Below, piece by piece: positions 16,688 to 26,059 of a stretch of DNA of 64,000 nucleotides. The DNA lies in assembly GCA_947625375.1 (NCBI GenBank), contig CANQOC010000005.1:45630-109629 (forward strand). The letters run 5' to 3'. Made by a program: the position numbers and the translations under genes. Numbering within the stretch: the stretch's first letter is position 1; each line of letters begins with the position of its first letter. Origin of the DNA: an uncultured Clostridia bacterium (GTDB lineage: Bacteria > Bacillota > Clostridia > Oscillospirales > Ruminococcaceae). The notes beneath the pieces are model-generated. The model had not been told where the DNA came from, did no database searches, and saw only the letters and a list, made by a program, of their open reading frames with translations.

Positions 16688-19333
16688 ATGAAATGGACCG
16701 GACTTAACGACCTTCGCGAAAGCTTTCTGACCTTTATGGAGTCAAAGGGCTGCCTGAGGCATAAGAGCTATCCCCTTGTGCCGCAAAACGACAAGAGTGC
16801 CCTTCTCACAATCGCCGGAATGGCTCCGCTGAAGCCGTATTTCACCAAACAGGAGGTTCCGCCGAGGACCCGCATGACGACCTGTCAGAAGTGCATACGC
16901 ACGAACGACATCGAAAACGTCGGCAAGACCGCGCGTCACGGAACTTTCTTCGAGATGCTCGGAAACTTCTCCTTCGGCGATTACTTTAAAAAAGAGGCCA
17001 TCCCGTGGGCGTGGGAGTATTTCACAAAGGTGCTCGAAATCCCAGAGGAAAAGCTCTATGTGACCGTCTATGAGGACGACGACGAGGCCGCGAAAATCTG
17101 GCACGAGGACGTCGGTCTTCCCGAGGAAAAAATCTTCCGCTTCGGGCGGGTGGACAACTTCTGGGAGGCCGGAATCGACGGCCCCTGCGGACCCTGCTCC
17201 GAAATCTATTACGACCGTGGACCCGAATACGGCTGCGGCAAGCCGGACTGCGCCGTCGGGTGCGACTGCGACAGGTATATGGAGGTCTGGAACCTCGTTT
17301 TCACACAGTTTGAGAGGCACGAGGACGGGACCTATACCGAGCTTGAACAGAAGAACATCGACACCGGAATGGGACTCGAACGCCTTGCGACGGTGATGCA
17401 GGGGGTCGACTCAATCTTCGACGTCGACACCGTCAAGGCAATAAGGGACCACGTCTGCCGGATTGCCGGCTGTGAATACGGCGTCGACCACAAAAAGGAC
17501 GTCTCAATCCGCGTCATCACCGACCACATCAGGGCGGTCACCTTCCTCGCCTCCGACGGCGTCCTTCCGTCGAACGAGGGAAGAGGATATGTCATGAGAC
17601 GGCTTCTGAGAAGAGCCGTGCGGCACGGAAAGCTCCTCGGAATAAACGGTCTCTTCCTCAAAGACCTTGTACGGACGGTCGCAGACTGCTCGATGTCGGA
17701 ATACAGCGAGCTCGACGAAAAATACGACTACATCGTAAAGCTCCTCACAAACGAGGAGAAGAACTTCAACGACACAATCGACCGCGGAATGGTGATGCTC
17801 GGGGGATATATCGACGAGCTTACGGCGTCGGGCAAAAAGGTCCTCGACGGAAAGAAGTGCTTCTTCCTCTCCGACACATACGGCTTCCCGATTGACCTTA
17901 CCCGCGAAATTCTCGAGGAAAAGGGCCTTGAATGTGACGAGGAAGGCTTCAAGGAGGCATTGCAGGTCCAGAAGGACACCGCGAGGGCGGCGCGCGGCGA
18001 CTCGAAATACATGGGCGCCGACGAAACCGTCTTCCACCGAATCGACAGGGAGTATTCGACCGAATTCGTCGGATATGAGCGGCTCGAGGCCGAGTCGGTC
18101 ATCGACTTTATCGCGACCGAGGACGAGCTGATTGAAGCCGCCGGCGCTGGCGACGAGGTATATATCGTCTCAAAGTTGACCCCGTTCTATGCCGAGAGCG
18201 GCGGACAGGTCGGCGACCGCGGCGAAATCACCACAAAGACCGGTAAATGCGAGGTCGTCGACACCAAAAAGGCGGTCGGCGGAAAGACCGCTCACAAGGT
18301 CAGGGTTGTCGAGGGCGCAATCGAGGTCGGACAGACCGCCGAGTTCAGGGTCGACCGCGAATACAGGCTTGCGGTCATGAGGAACCACTCCTGCGCTCAC
18401 CTTCTCCAAGCGGCGCTCCGCTCGGTCCTCGGGGACCACGTCCACCAGGCCGGACAGCTCGTCGACAGCGAAAGGCTCCGCTTCGACTTCAACCACTTCA
18501 GCGCGATGACTCTCGACGAGATACAGCGCGTCGAAATGCTCGTCAACAGCTTTATTCTCCGCGCGCTCGACATCACCACACAGGTCCTGCCGATTGAAGA
18601 GGCGAGAAAGCTCGGCGCGATGGCGCTCTTCGGCGAAAAATACGGCGAGACAGTTAGGGTCGTCTCGATGGGAAACGCCTCGATGGAGTTCTGCGGCGGC
18701 ACTCATATGGACAACACCTCTAAAATAGGTCTGTTTAAGATAATCTCCGAAAGCTCGGTCGCCGCCGGCGTCAGAAGAATCGAGGCGGTCACCGGAAAGG
18801 GCGTCCTCGAGGTGATGGGTCACCAGATTGAAATGCTCAACGAAGCCTCGGGAATCCTTAAGCTCACCAACCAGAACGAGCTTGTCGGACGGGTCAAGGG
18901 GCTTATGGAGGAAATCCGTGCGCTCGAAAAGGACAAGTCCGAGCTTGCGGCGTCGATTGCCGAAATGCGCTCGAAGTCTTTGATGGACCACACCGTCGAC
19001 GTCAAGGGAATCAAGCTTATCACCGCGATGTTCAACCCGATGAAGCCGGACGAAATCAAGCTTATGGCCGAGAAGATAAGAGACAAGGTTCCCGAAATCG
19101 TCTGCGTAATCGCGGGGGTAAACGGCAAGGCCGCGAACATCGTCGTGACCGCCGGAAAGGAAGCCGTCGCGAAGGGTGTCCACGCCGGAAAGGCGGTCGG
19201 AAAAATCGCCGCGGTCACCGGTGGACGCGGGGGCGGACGCCCCGACACCGCGATGGCGGGCGTCGGAGACATCTTTAAGATAGACGAGGCGCTCGCCGCC
19301 GCCGAGGAAATCGTCGCAGAGTTTATATCATGA
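16688..19333 (+). CDS. alaS: Alanine--tRNA ligase
   Basis: 881 aa. Class II catalytic core, editing-domain zinc motifs HSCAHLL and CGGTHM, C-terminal DHHA1-like region. Confidence 0.98.
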   Translation: MKWTGLNDLRESFLTFMESKGCLRHKSYPLVPQNDKSALLTIAGMAPLKPYFTKQEVPPRTRMTTCQKCIRTNDIENVGKTARHGTFFEMLGNFSFGDYFKKEAIPWAWEYFTKVLEIPEEKLYVTVYEDDDEAAKIWHEDVGLPEEKIFRFGRVDNFWEAGIDGPCGPCSEIYYDRGPEYGCGKPDCAVGCDCDRYMEVWNLVFTQFERHEDGTYTELEQKNIDTGMGLERLATVMQGVDSIFDVDTVKAIRDHVCRIAGCEYGVDHKKDVSIRVITDHIRAVTFLASDGVLPSNEGRGYVMRRLLRRAVRHGKLLGINGLFLKDLVRTVADCSMSEYSELDEKYDYIVKLLTNEEKNFNDTIDRGMVMLGGYIDELTASGKKVLDGKKCFFLSDTYGFPIDLTREILEEKGLECDEEGFKEALQVQKDTARAARGDSKYMGADETVFHRIDREYSTEFVGYERLEAESVIDFIATEDELIEAAGAGDEVYIVSKLTPFYAESGGQVGDRGEITTKTGKCEVVDTKKAVGGKTAHKVRVVEGAIEVGQTAEFRVDREYRLAVMRNHSCAHLLQAALRSVLGDHVHQAGQLVDSERLRFDFNHFSAMTLDEIQRVEMLVNSFILRALDITTQVLPIEEARKLGAMALFGEKYGETVRVVSMGNASMEFCGGTHMDNTSKIGLFKIISESSVAAGVRRIEAVTGKGVLEVMGHQIEMLNEASGILKLTNQNELVGRVKGLMEEIRALEKDKSELAASIAEMRSKSLMDHTVDVKGIKLITAMFNPMKPDEIKLMAEKIRDKVPEIVCVIAGVNGKAANIVVTAGKEAVAKGVHAGKAVGKIAAVTGGRGGGRPDTAMAGVGDIFKIDEALAAAEEIVAEFIS

Positions 19334-19350
19334 TACGGGAGGATTTAAAA

Positions 19351-19704
19351 ATGAAAGACTGTTTATTCTGTAAAATAATCGGCGGGGAGATTCCGTCGAA
19401 AAAGGTCTATGAGGACGAATACTGCTATGCCTTCGAGGACATCGCGCCGGTCGCTCCGGTCCATATCCTCTTTGTCCCGAAGGAGCACATCGGCGGTGCG
19501 TGTGAAATCACCCCCGAGAATTCGGCGGTCGTCGGAAAGATTTATGAGGCAATCGCCAAGGTCGCGGCGGAAAAGGGTCTTAAGGACGGCTGGCGGGTCG
19601 TCTCGAACAACGGCCCCGACGCGGGACAGACCGTGTTTCACCTCCACTTCCACCTCATCGGCGGACGTCCGCTCGGAGTGATGGTGAGCGAGGAAAAAAA
19701 GTGA
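19351..19704 (+). CDS. HIT-family nucleotide hydrolase
   Basis: Histidine triad HLHFHLIGG. The ATG at 19351 follows SD gggagga. Confidence 0.9.
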   Translation: MKDCLFCKIIGGEIPSKKVYEDEYCYAFEDIAPVAPVHILFVPKEHIGGACEITPENSAVVGKIYEAIAKVAAEKGLKDGWRVVSNNGPDAGQTVFHLHFHLIGGRPLGVMVSEEKK

Positions 19705-20213
19705 TAGTCTGGATAAGCGGGGCATACGGCGTCGGGAAGTCGACACTTGCCGAGGCGCTCTCCCCGAAGATGAACGGCGCAATCATATTTGACGCCGAAG
19801 AGGTTGGAAACGCTGTGCGGGAAAACTATCCCGGCGAGCCGTTCGGCGTCGTCTTCGAGGACTATCCCCTCTGGGGCGAGTTCTGTATCCGCCTTTTAAA
19901 AGATATCGCCGAAAAGTATGACAAAGACATTCTTGTGCCGATGACGCTTGTCCGTAAAAAGTCGCAGAGGATTATCGACACCTTAAAAAAGGACGGCCTT
20001 GACACGCGGCTCGTGATTTTAGAGGCGTCGCACAAAACCGTCCGCGACAGGATTCTGATGCGCGGCGAGGACGAGGACTGTTGGTGCATCGAAAACATCG
20101 AGATGTCGCGGAACGGCTCGGGTCTTTTAGACGGCATAAAAATATCCGCCGACGGGAGGACACCTGAGGAAATCGCCGAAGAAGTATTATACAAATTGAA
20201 ATATAAATCTTGA
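19701..20213 (+). CDS. P-loop NTPase/kinase, TmrB-like
   Basis: N-terminal Walker A ISGAYGVGKST. The GTG start overlaps the HIT gene stop (GTGA). Confidence 0.7.
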   Translation: MIVWISGAYGVGKSTLAEALSPKMNGAIIFDAEEVGNAVRENYPGEPFGVVFEDYPLWGEFCIRLLKDIAEKYDKDILVPMTLVRKKSQRIIDTLKKDGLDTRLVILEASHKTVRDRILMRGEDEDCWCIENIEMSRNGSGLLDGIKISADGRTPEEIAEEVLYKLKYKS

Positions 20214-20236
20214 ATTATACCGAAAGGAGTCATTTT

Positions 20237-20782
20237 ATGGCAGATTATTACACCTTACACGTCGCGGGACTTGAGCGTCAGCTTGCAATCTGTCCGGTGA
20301 ACGAGCACCTTGATATCGCGGGGTTCATCATGTTTTCCGACGTTGAGCTTACGGTCGCGTGCGCGAGGGAGCTTTTAAAAAAGGTCCCGGAGTTCGACGT
20401 AATCGTCACCGCCGAGTCGAAGGGAATTCCGCTCGCTTATGAGATGGCGAGGCAGGCGGGAAACGGCATGAAATACATTGTCGCGAGGAAGATGCCGAAG
20501 CTCTATATGCGCGACCCGATTTCGGTCGACGTCCGCTCAATCACCACCGCCGCCGACCAAAAGCTTTGGCTCGACAGGAACGAGGCGGACTATATGAGCG
20601 GGAAGAGGATACTCATCGTCGACGACGTCGTCTCGACCGGAGAGAGCCTTGAAGCGCTTTTGAAGCTCATCTCGCACACCGGCGGCGCAGTCGCCGCACA
20701 GGCCGCTGTTCTCGCCGAGGGCGACGCCGCGAACCGCGACGACCTGATTTACCTCGAAAAGCTGCCGCTGTTCTTTAAGTAG
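20237..20782 (+). CDS. Phosphoribosyltransferase-family protein (purine/adenine PRTase-like)
   Basis: PRPP-binding loop ILIVDDVVSTGESL. SD aaaggag lies upstream of the ATG at 20237. Confidence 0.8.
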   Translation: MADYYTLHVAGLERQLAICPVNEHLDIAGFIMFSDVELTVACARELLKKVPEFDVIVTAESKGIPLAYEMARQAGNGMKYIVARKMPKLYMRDPISVDVRSITTAADQKLWLDRNEADYMSGKRILIVDDVVSTGESLEALLKLISHTGGAVAAQAAVLAEGDAANRDDLIYLEKLPLFFK

Positions 20783-20785
20783 AGC

Positions 20786-21797
20786 AAAAATAAAAGTTTT
20801 CGATTGAACCTTTTTCAAAAGGTTCACGAGAGTCCAGAGGCGAGCAGCCTCTGGTCGCGACCGCAGTCGCGAAATCCTATACGAAGTGCGCTCCGCAAGG
20901 GGTGAATTGAAAAAGCAGTCCGGTGGACTGTTTTTTCAAGAGGGGACGACCTGTAAGAGAGGGCGTCCCCTTTATATTTCCGTCATGCGACAGCATGGCG
21001 GCACCTTGCGTCAATGCGGCGTCTGCACAAACTTATCCCGCCGACAGGCGGCACTCTCGCCTTTAGCTATGCAGAGCCCCCTCCCATGTGGGAGGGGATT
21101 GCTTTGTCAAAGCTTAGTGAGCCGCCCGACTGCGGGAGAAATTTGTGACAGTACCGTACGCTGCTAAAAAGGAGTCCACCTAACGGCGGACGCTCCTCGC
21201 GTCACTCGGCCGTGACGCGTTTCGCCTGTTCCCCCACCCCCTACCCCCTCCCCGCCGGGGAGGGGGTTATGCGTCGCTAAGCTTTTGATTGCCACCTGAC
21301 GGCGGGGAAAAATTGAGCGGCAACAAGACTTGCTCAAGGCGGGTCTGTTGGCTCTGATATCTGACAATTTCAATTCTGCTCTCCGACCGGGCGCAGTCCG
21401 GCGCGCTTCGCGCGCAAACGAAAGGAGCAGGAAAACTCCCTCCGGAGTTTTCCTGCTCCTTTCGTTTCGGCAGCCTTCGGCTGCCGCGGACTGCGCCCTC
21501 ATGGGAGCTGAAGCCTAAGCTATGCGTTCCCCCTTCCCATGTGGGAAGGGGGACAGGGGGATAGGAGTTTATAAATAGCATGAGCGCAGCGAATTCCTTA
21601 TAGCAAGGTATGACACCGCGCTCATGTTTTATTTTACCTGCGCAAGTGTCCTCCCCGCCGGTACCACTCCCCTCGAGGGGAGAGCAGTCAGAATACAGAT
21701 ATCAGAAGTTAGAAATCAGATTCTATCCTCTATCTTCCATCATCTAATCTCTAACTTCTGACATCTGACTTTCTCACTTCTGTTCTCTGTCAGCGGC
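20786..21797. repeat. Mosaic intergenic block of hairpin modules (about 1 kb)
   Basis: Starts with aaaaataaaagttttcg plus palindrome 20805-20826. Shares ordered modules with 24262-24650 and 45165-45690. Carries nested hairpin 21391-21497 and ends in an inverted purine/pyrimidine tract pair at 21690-21795. Confidence 0.9.
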
Positions 21798-22193
21798 TCA
21801 ATACGTCTCCATCTGCCCGCTGAACATTCCGCGGAATCCGAAGCGCTCGTAAAACGGTCTGAGACTCTCTTCGTATATCACCGAAATCATGTAGATATGC
21901 CTCGACCTGAGATATTCAATCATTCTGTTCATCAGCTCGGTGCCGATGCCCCTGCCCTGACAGTCCGGCGAAACCGTCAAGTCCTGAATATATGCGTCGG
22001 TCACGCCGTTTGATACACAGTCGATATATCCGACAAGCCTTTCGCCGTCATAAGCCGCGATGTGGCAATACGACGTCATCAGCGGGTTCTTATATTCGTC
22101 TTCCATTCGGTTCCAGCCGACGGATTCGCGCAAATCCGCCAAATCCTTTGCCGACACTTTTTCATTTAATTTATATAACATATCTGCCTTCAC
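21798..22193 (-). CDS. GNAT-family N-acetyltransferase
   Basis: Acetyl-CoA binding motif QGRGIGTELMNRMIEY. 131 aa. Confidence 0.85.
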   Translation of the reverse strand: MKADMLYKLNEKVSAKDLADLRESVGWNRMEDEYKNPLMTSYCHIAAYDGERLVGYIDCVSNGVTDAYIQDLTVSPDCQGRGIGTELMNRMIEYLRSRHIYMISVIYEESLRPFYERFGFRGMFSGQMETY

Positions 22194-24220
22194 TCCTCCA
22201 CCCTCTCAAACAGCCTCTTCACCCTCTCCCTGAGCGGTTCGCAGCCGGGGAGGGATATCCTGCCGGTGTCGGTAAGGCTGTCGGCGGTGGACTGCGCCAG
22301 CGCGACAAGCTCGCTGTCCGAGGCGAGGTCGGCAATCTTCAGCGGCGGGAGACCGTGCTGCGCCGAGCCGAAGAAGTCGCCGGGGCCGCGTATCTCGAGG
22401 TCGGCCTCGGAAATCTCGAAGCCGTTGTTTGTGGAACACAGGATTTTCAGCCGCTTTCTGACGTCCTCCGATGGGTTGTCGGTGATGAGTATACAGGACG
22501 AAGCGCGCTCGCCCCTGCCGACGCGCCCCCTGAGCTGGTGGAGCTGAGACAACCCGAAGCGGTCGGCGTTTTCGACGGTCATGACCGACGCGTTCGGGAC
22601 ATCGACCCCGACCTCGACTACGGTCGTGCAGACCAAAAGGTCGTATTTCCCGTCCTTGAAGTCGCGCATGACCTCGTCCTTCTTTGCCGCGGGAAGCTGT
22701 CCGTGGAGGACGCCGACGCGGTATCCCGAAAATTCACCCTCGGAAAGCTCCTTCGCATAGTCGACGACGTTCTTCATCGCGCCGTCGCCCGCTTCGACCG
22801 CCGGACAGACGATATATGCCTGACCCCCGGCGTCGAGCTCCTTTCTGACAAAGGCCATCGCGCGGCTTCTGAGGCTTTTTCCGGTGACGGCGTAGGTCTT
22901 GATTTCCTTTCGACCCGCCGGAAGCTCGTCGAGCACCGAGATGTCGAGCTCGCCGTAAATCATAAGCGCGAGGGTCCGCGGAATCGGCGTCGCCGACATT
23001 ACGAGGCGGTGCGGGTTCTCCCCTTTTTGCGCAAGCGCGGACCTCTGTGCGACGCCGAAGCGGTGCTGTTCGTCGGTGATGACAAGCCCGAGGCGGGAGT
23101 ATTCAACCCCGGTCTGGAAGAGAGCGTGCGTCCCGACGATGACGTCGAGCTCGCCGTTTTTTGCCGCGTCGACGACCGCCGTCTTCTGCTTTTTCGTCAG
23201 CGACCCGGTAAGGAGACCGACGCGGACGCCGGAGGGTTCGAGAAATCCCCTGAGCGAATCGTAATGCTGTGACGCAAGAATTTCGGTCGGCGCCATCATG
23301 ACCGACTGCGCGCCGTTTTTCGCGGCAAAATAGCAGCACGCCGCCGCGACGGCGGTCTTGCCCGAGCCGACATCACCCAAGAGGAGGCGGTTCATCGGGG
23401 TCGGACAGGCCATGTCGCGCATACACTCGGAAATCGCGCGGAGCTGTGCGCCGGTGAGGCGGAACGGGAGGGCGGAGGTATACCCCGAAATGTCGACAGG
23501 CTTCATCGCGAAGGTCGTCGAGCGGCGGACGCGCTCTCTCATCTCGGTCATTCCGAGGCGGAGGGTGAGAAGCTCGTCGAAGGCAAGGCGCTTTCGGGCG
23601 GGTTCGGCCTCGCCGCGGGTCCTCGGGAAGTGGATTGCGCGGAGGGCGTCGTATTCCGGCATCAGCCCCGCTTTTTTAATGATGTCGGCGGGGAGGAATT
23701 CGAGCTCGTCGGGGCGGACGAGCGACAGCGCGTTTTTGACGGCGACGGTGACGGCGTTGCGGTTGAGTCCGGCGGTGAGCGGATAGACCGGAATGATTTT
23801 GTCGGCGGAGGTGCTCTTAATAACGGTCGGCGAGGACATCTCGCGGCGGGTGAGGTTTCCGGTGACTTTTCCGCAGAGGAGGTATTTTTCCCCGATTTTA
23901 AGGGAGTCAAAGAGATACTGGAGGTTGTATATAGTGACGGTGAGGTCGTCGGTGCCGTCGGTCGCGAGGAGGCGGAAGACGGTCATTCCCTTGCGAATTC
24001 GCGCCGGCGCCTGTTTCCTGACGATTTCGACCTCAACGACATTTACCCCGCCGAGCTCGGTCATCATAACCGGCACAGGCGAGGTGCAGTCGATATAGCT
24101 CCGCGGGAGGTGGTAGATGAGGTCGCGGACGGTTTTTATGCCGAGCTTAAGAAAAAGCGCGGCTTTTTTCTCGCCGACGCCCTTTACGCCGGTGATGCTT
24201 TCGTCAAGCCTTGAGGACAT
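22190..24220 (-). CDS. recG: ATP-dependent DNA helicase RecG
   Basis: Walker A GDVGSGKT, DEQH box (ITDEQHRFG) and motif VI QLRGRVGRG. The ATG at 24220 follows SD gaggag (the ORF track extends to 24286). Confidence 0.95.
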   Translation of the reverse strand: MSSRLDESITGVKGVGEKKAALFLKLGIKTVRDLIYHLPRSYIDCTSPVPVMMTELGGVNVVEVEIVRKQAPARIRKGMTVFRLLATDGTDDLTVTIYNLQYLFDSLKIGEKYLLCGKVTGNLTRREMSSPTVIKSTSADKIIPVYPLTAGLNRNAVTVAVKNALSLVRPDELEFLPADIIKKAGLMPEYDALRAIHFPRTRGEAEPARKRLAFDELLTLRLGMTEMRERVRRSTTFAMKPVDISGYTSALPFRLTGAQLRAISECMRDMACPTPMNRLLLGDVGSGKTAVAAACCYFAAKNGAQSVMMAPTEILASQHYDSLRGFLEPSGVRVGLLTGSLTKKQKTAVVDAAKNGELDVIVGTHALFQTGVEYSRLGLVITDEQHRFGVAQRSALAQKGENPHRLVMSATPIPRTLALMIYGELDISVLDELPAGRKEIKTYAVTGKSLRSRAMAFVRKELDAGGQAYIVCPAVEAGDGAMKNVVDYAKELSEGEFSGYRVGVLHGQLPAAKKDEVMRDFKDGKYDLLVCTTVVEVGVDVPNASVMTVENADRFGLSQLHQLRGRVGRGERASSCILITDNPSEDVRKRLKILCSTNNGFEISEADLEIRGPGDFFGSAQHGLPPLKIADLASDSELVALAQSTADSLTDTGRISLPGCEPLRERVKRLFERVEE

Positions 24221-24261
24221 GATACTCTCCTCACATAAAAATAAAGTTTGATTGACCTGTT

Positions 24262-24650
24262 GCAAAAATAAAAGTTTTCGGTCCACCCTTTTTCAAAAGG
24301 GTGGCGAGAGTCCAGAGGCGAGAAGCCTCTGGCCGCGACCGCAGTCGCGGAACACTTGCGAAGCGAAGCGCAGGAGGGTAGTCAAAACAATTCGGTGAAT
24401 TGTTTTGACGTAGGGAACCCTCGCCGGGGGTTCCCTACTTGCTGAGCGATGAGCGAAGCAAGCAAAAAGCACAGTTATGCTCAAATATCCCCCGCCGCAA
24501 GGCGGCACTGCAAGGGCGTCCCCTTATGATACCGTCATGCGTCAGCATGACGGCACCTCATGGGTACAAAGATTCCCCCGTTCTTCCCTCTCCCCTACCC
24601 GCTCAGATGTCGGAAGTCCAATTTCTATCTTCTATCCTCTAACCTCTATC
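24262..24650. repeat. Mosaic intergenic block of hairpin modules
   Basis: aaaaataaaagttttcg plus palindrome 24283-24304, ccagaggcgagaagcctctgg, ccgtcatgcgtcagcatgacgg, and a terminal pyrimidine tract at 24612-24650. Confidence 0.9.
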
Positions 24651-25263
24651 TCACAAAATTAGTAAACGTCATCTTCCCCTTTTCGGGCAGACCGAATTTC
24701 TCCTTGCCGAGAGCGATTGAGCGGATTAAAAAGCTCATGTTCTCGGCGAGCATCCTGACGGTTTCGATGCCCTCGGCGTCCTGCTCGGCCTCGCCCTTCG
24801 ACATTCCGTGGACCATGTTCCAATAGCGGCTCGAGGCGACCGGCATTCCGCTGATGGTGAAATACTTGTTGAGGACGTCGAACGTCGCGGTACAGCCGCC
24901 CCGCCTCGCGACGGCAACGGCGGCGCCGACCTTCATCGTCTTGTCGAAGGAGGTGCTGTAAAAAAGTCTGTCCAAAAAGCTGATGATATTGCCGTTCGGC
25001 GAGGCGTAATAGACCGGACTCGCGGCGACAAGTCCGTCCGCGCGTTCAAAAATCTCCGCGGCTCTGTTGACGGAGTCGTCGAAGACGCATTTTCCGGTCT
25101 GACCGCACTTCCCGCAGGCGATGCAGCCTCTGATATCCTCCCCGCCGATTTCGAGGATTTCGGTGTCAATCCCGTTTTTGGCGAAGACCTCGGCCATGTT
25201 TTTAAGCGCAATCGAGGTGTTCCCGCCGCGTCGCGGACTTCCGTTTATCATCAGAACATTCAT
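24646..25263 (-). CDS. NADPH-dependent FMN reductase / iron-sulfur flavoprotein-like
   Basis: MNVLMINGSPRRGGNTS and a Cys cluster CIACGKCGQTGKC. ATGA start/stop overlap with the upstream flavodoxin gene. Confidence 0.85.
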   Translation of the reverse strand: MNVLMINGSPRRGGNTSIALKNMAEVFAKNGIDTEILEIGGEDIRGCIACGKCGQTGKCVFDDSVNRAAEIFERADGLVAASPVYYASPNGNIISFLDRLFYSTSFDKTMKVGAAVAVARRGGCTATFDVLNKYFTISGMPVASSRYWNMVHGMSKGEAEQDAEGIETVRMLAENMSFLIRSIALGKEKFGLPEKGKMTFTNFVR

Positions 25264-25754
25264 GCGAGCACCTCTTTTTTGATGTCGGCAATCCAAGCGT
25301 CAATCTCCTTTTCGGGGGTGATGAGTCCGAGCTTTCCGAATTCAAGCCTCATTCCCGAGAAGAGCATCGCGCCCTTTGTCTCTTTTCTCATGTCCGAAAT
25401 GGCGTGCCCCGGCTGTCCGGCGTGGGTCTGGAACGGAATCACGGTCTTTCCGGCGAAGTCGGTCGACCTCATGAAGCTCAGCACCGCCGGCGCCATCGTG
25501 TACCACCATGTCGGGGTGCCGACGACGATGCAGTCATAGTCGGCGGGATTGTGCACAAGCGGCTTGAGTTCGGGACAGAACCCGCTTTCGGCCTCGCGCT
25601 TCCCCTGTTCGACGGCGGCGTCATAGTCCGCGGGATAGGGCACGGCGGTCTCGAGCCTCTCGACGTCCGCCCCGAGCTCCCCGGCGATTTTCAGCGCCGC
25701 GCTCTCGGTGTCCTTCCCCGACATCGAATAGTATACAACCAGTGTTTTTGACAT
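25260..25754 (-). CDS. Flavodoxin-family protein
   Basis: TLVVYYSMSGKDT FMN-binding loop. The ATG at 25754 follows SD aaggaagga. Confidence 0.85.
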   Translation of the reverse strand: MSKTLVVYYSMSGKDTESAALKIAGELGADVERLETAVPYPADYDAAVEQGKREAESGFCPELKPLVHNPADYDCIVVGTPTWWYTMAPAVLSFMRSTDFAGKTVIPFQTHAGQPGHAISDMRKETKGAMLFSGMRLEFGKLGLITPEKEIDAWIADIKKEVLA

Positions 25755-25989
25755 ACAAATCCTTCCTTTCGGCTTTTTATTTAATTGTATACTCTGCACG
25801 GGAGTTTGTCAAGTTAGAGGGTTGGAGGATAGATGATTAGAGGGTAGAAGATAGAGCGTTGGAGGATAGAAGTCCCCAAAAAATGACCAATCACAAAATA
25901 ATCCTGCAAATTGGACGGGGTTATGCAGGGTGTACACCTTAAAAGCGCGGTAATTATGAATATTTGGAGATTATGTTATTCATTTTCGG

Positions 25990-26018
25990 TTGACAACGGG
26001 ACTTTTATATGATAAAAT
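25990..26018 (+). promoter_or_regulatory. Sigma-A promoter upstream of citrate synthase
   Basis: TTGACA (25990-25995), 17 nt spacer, TGaTAAAAT extended -10 (26010-26018). Confidence 0.65.
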
Positions 26019-26059
26019 ATCATTATCACTCTTAAAAACTTCCGGAGAAAGGAAAGAAA

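Noticed and set aside
18170-19183. 337-aa minus-strand ORF (plus several smaller ORFs between 16.7 and 19.3 kb)
   Set aside because: They are antisense to alaS, whose identity is unambiguous.
20786-21797. An integron attC or gene-cassette array as the explanation for structure-conserved, sequence-variable palindromes
   Set aside because: There are no cassette ORFs between the hairpins, no intI-like gene, and no R''/R' GTTRRRY core pattern that I could identify.
21992-23272. 426-aa plus-strand ORF
   Set aside because: It is antisense to recG and to the GNAT gene, so it is a shadow ORF.
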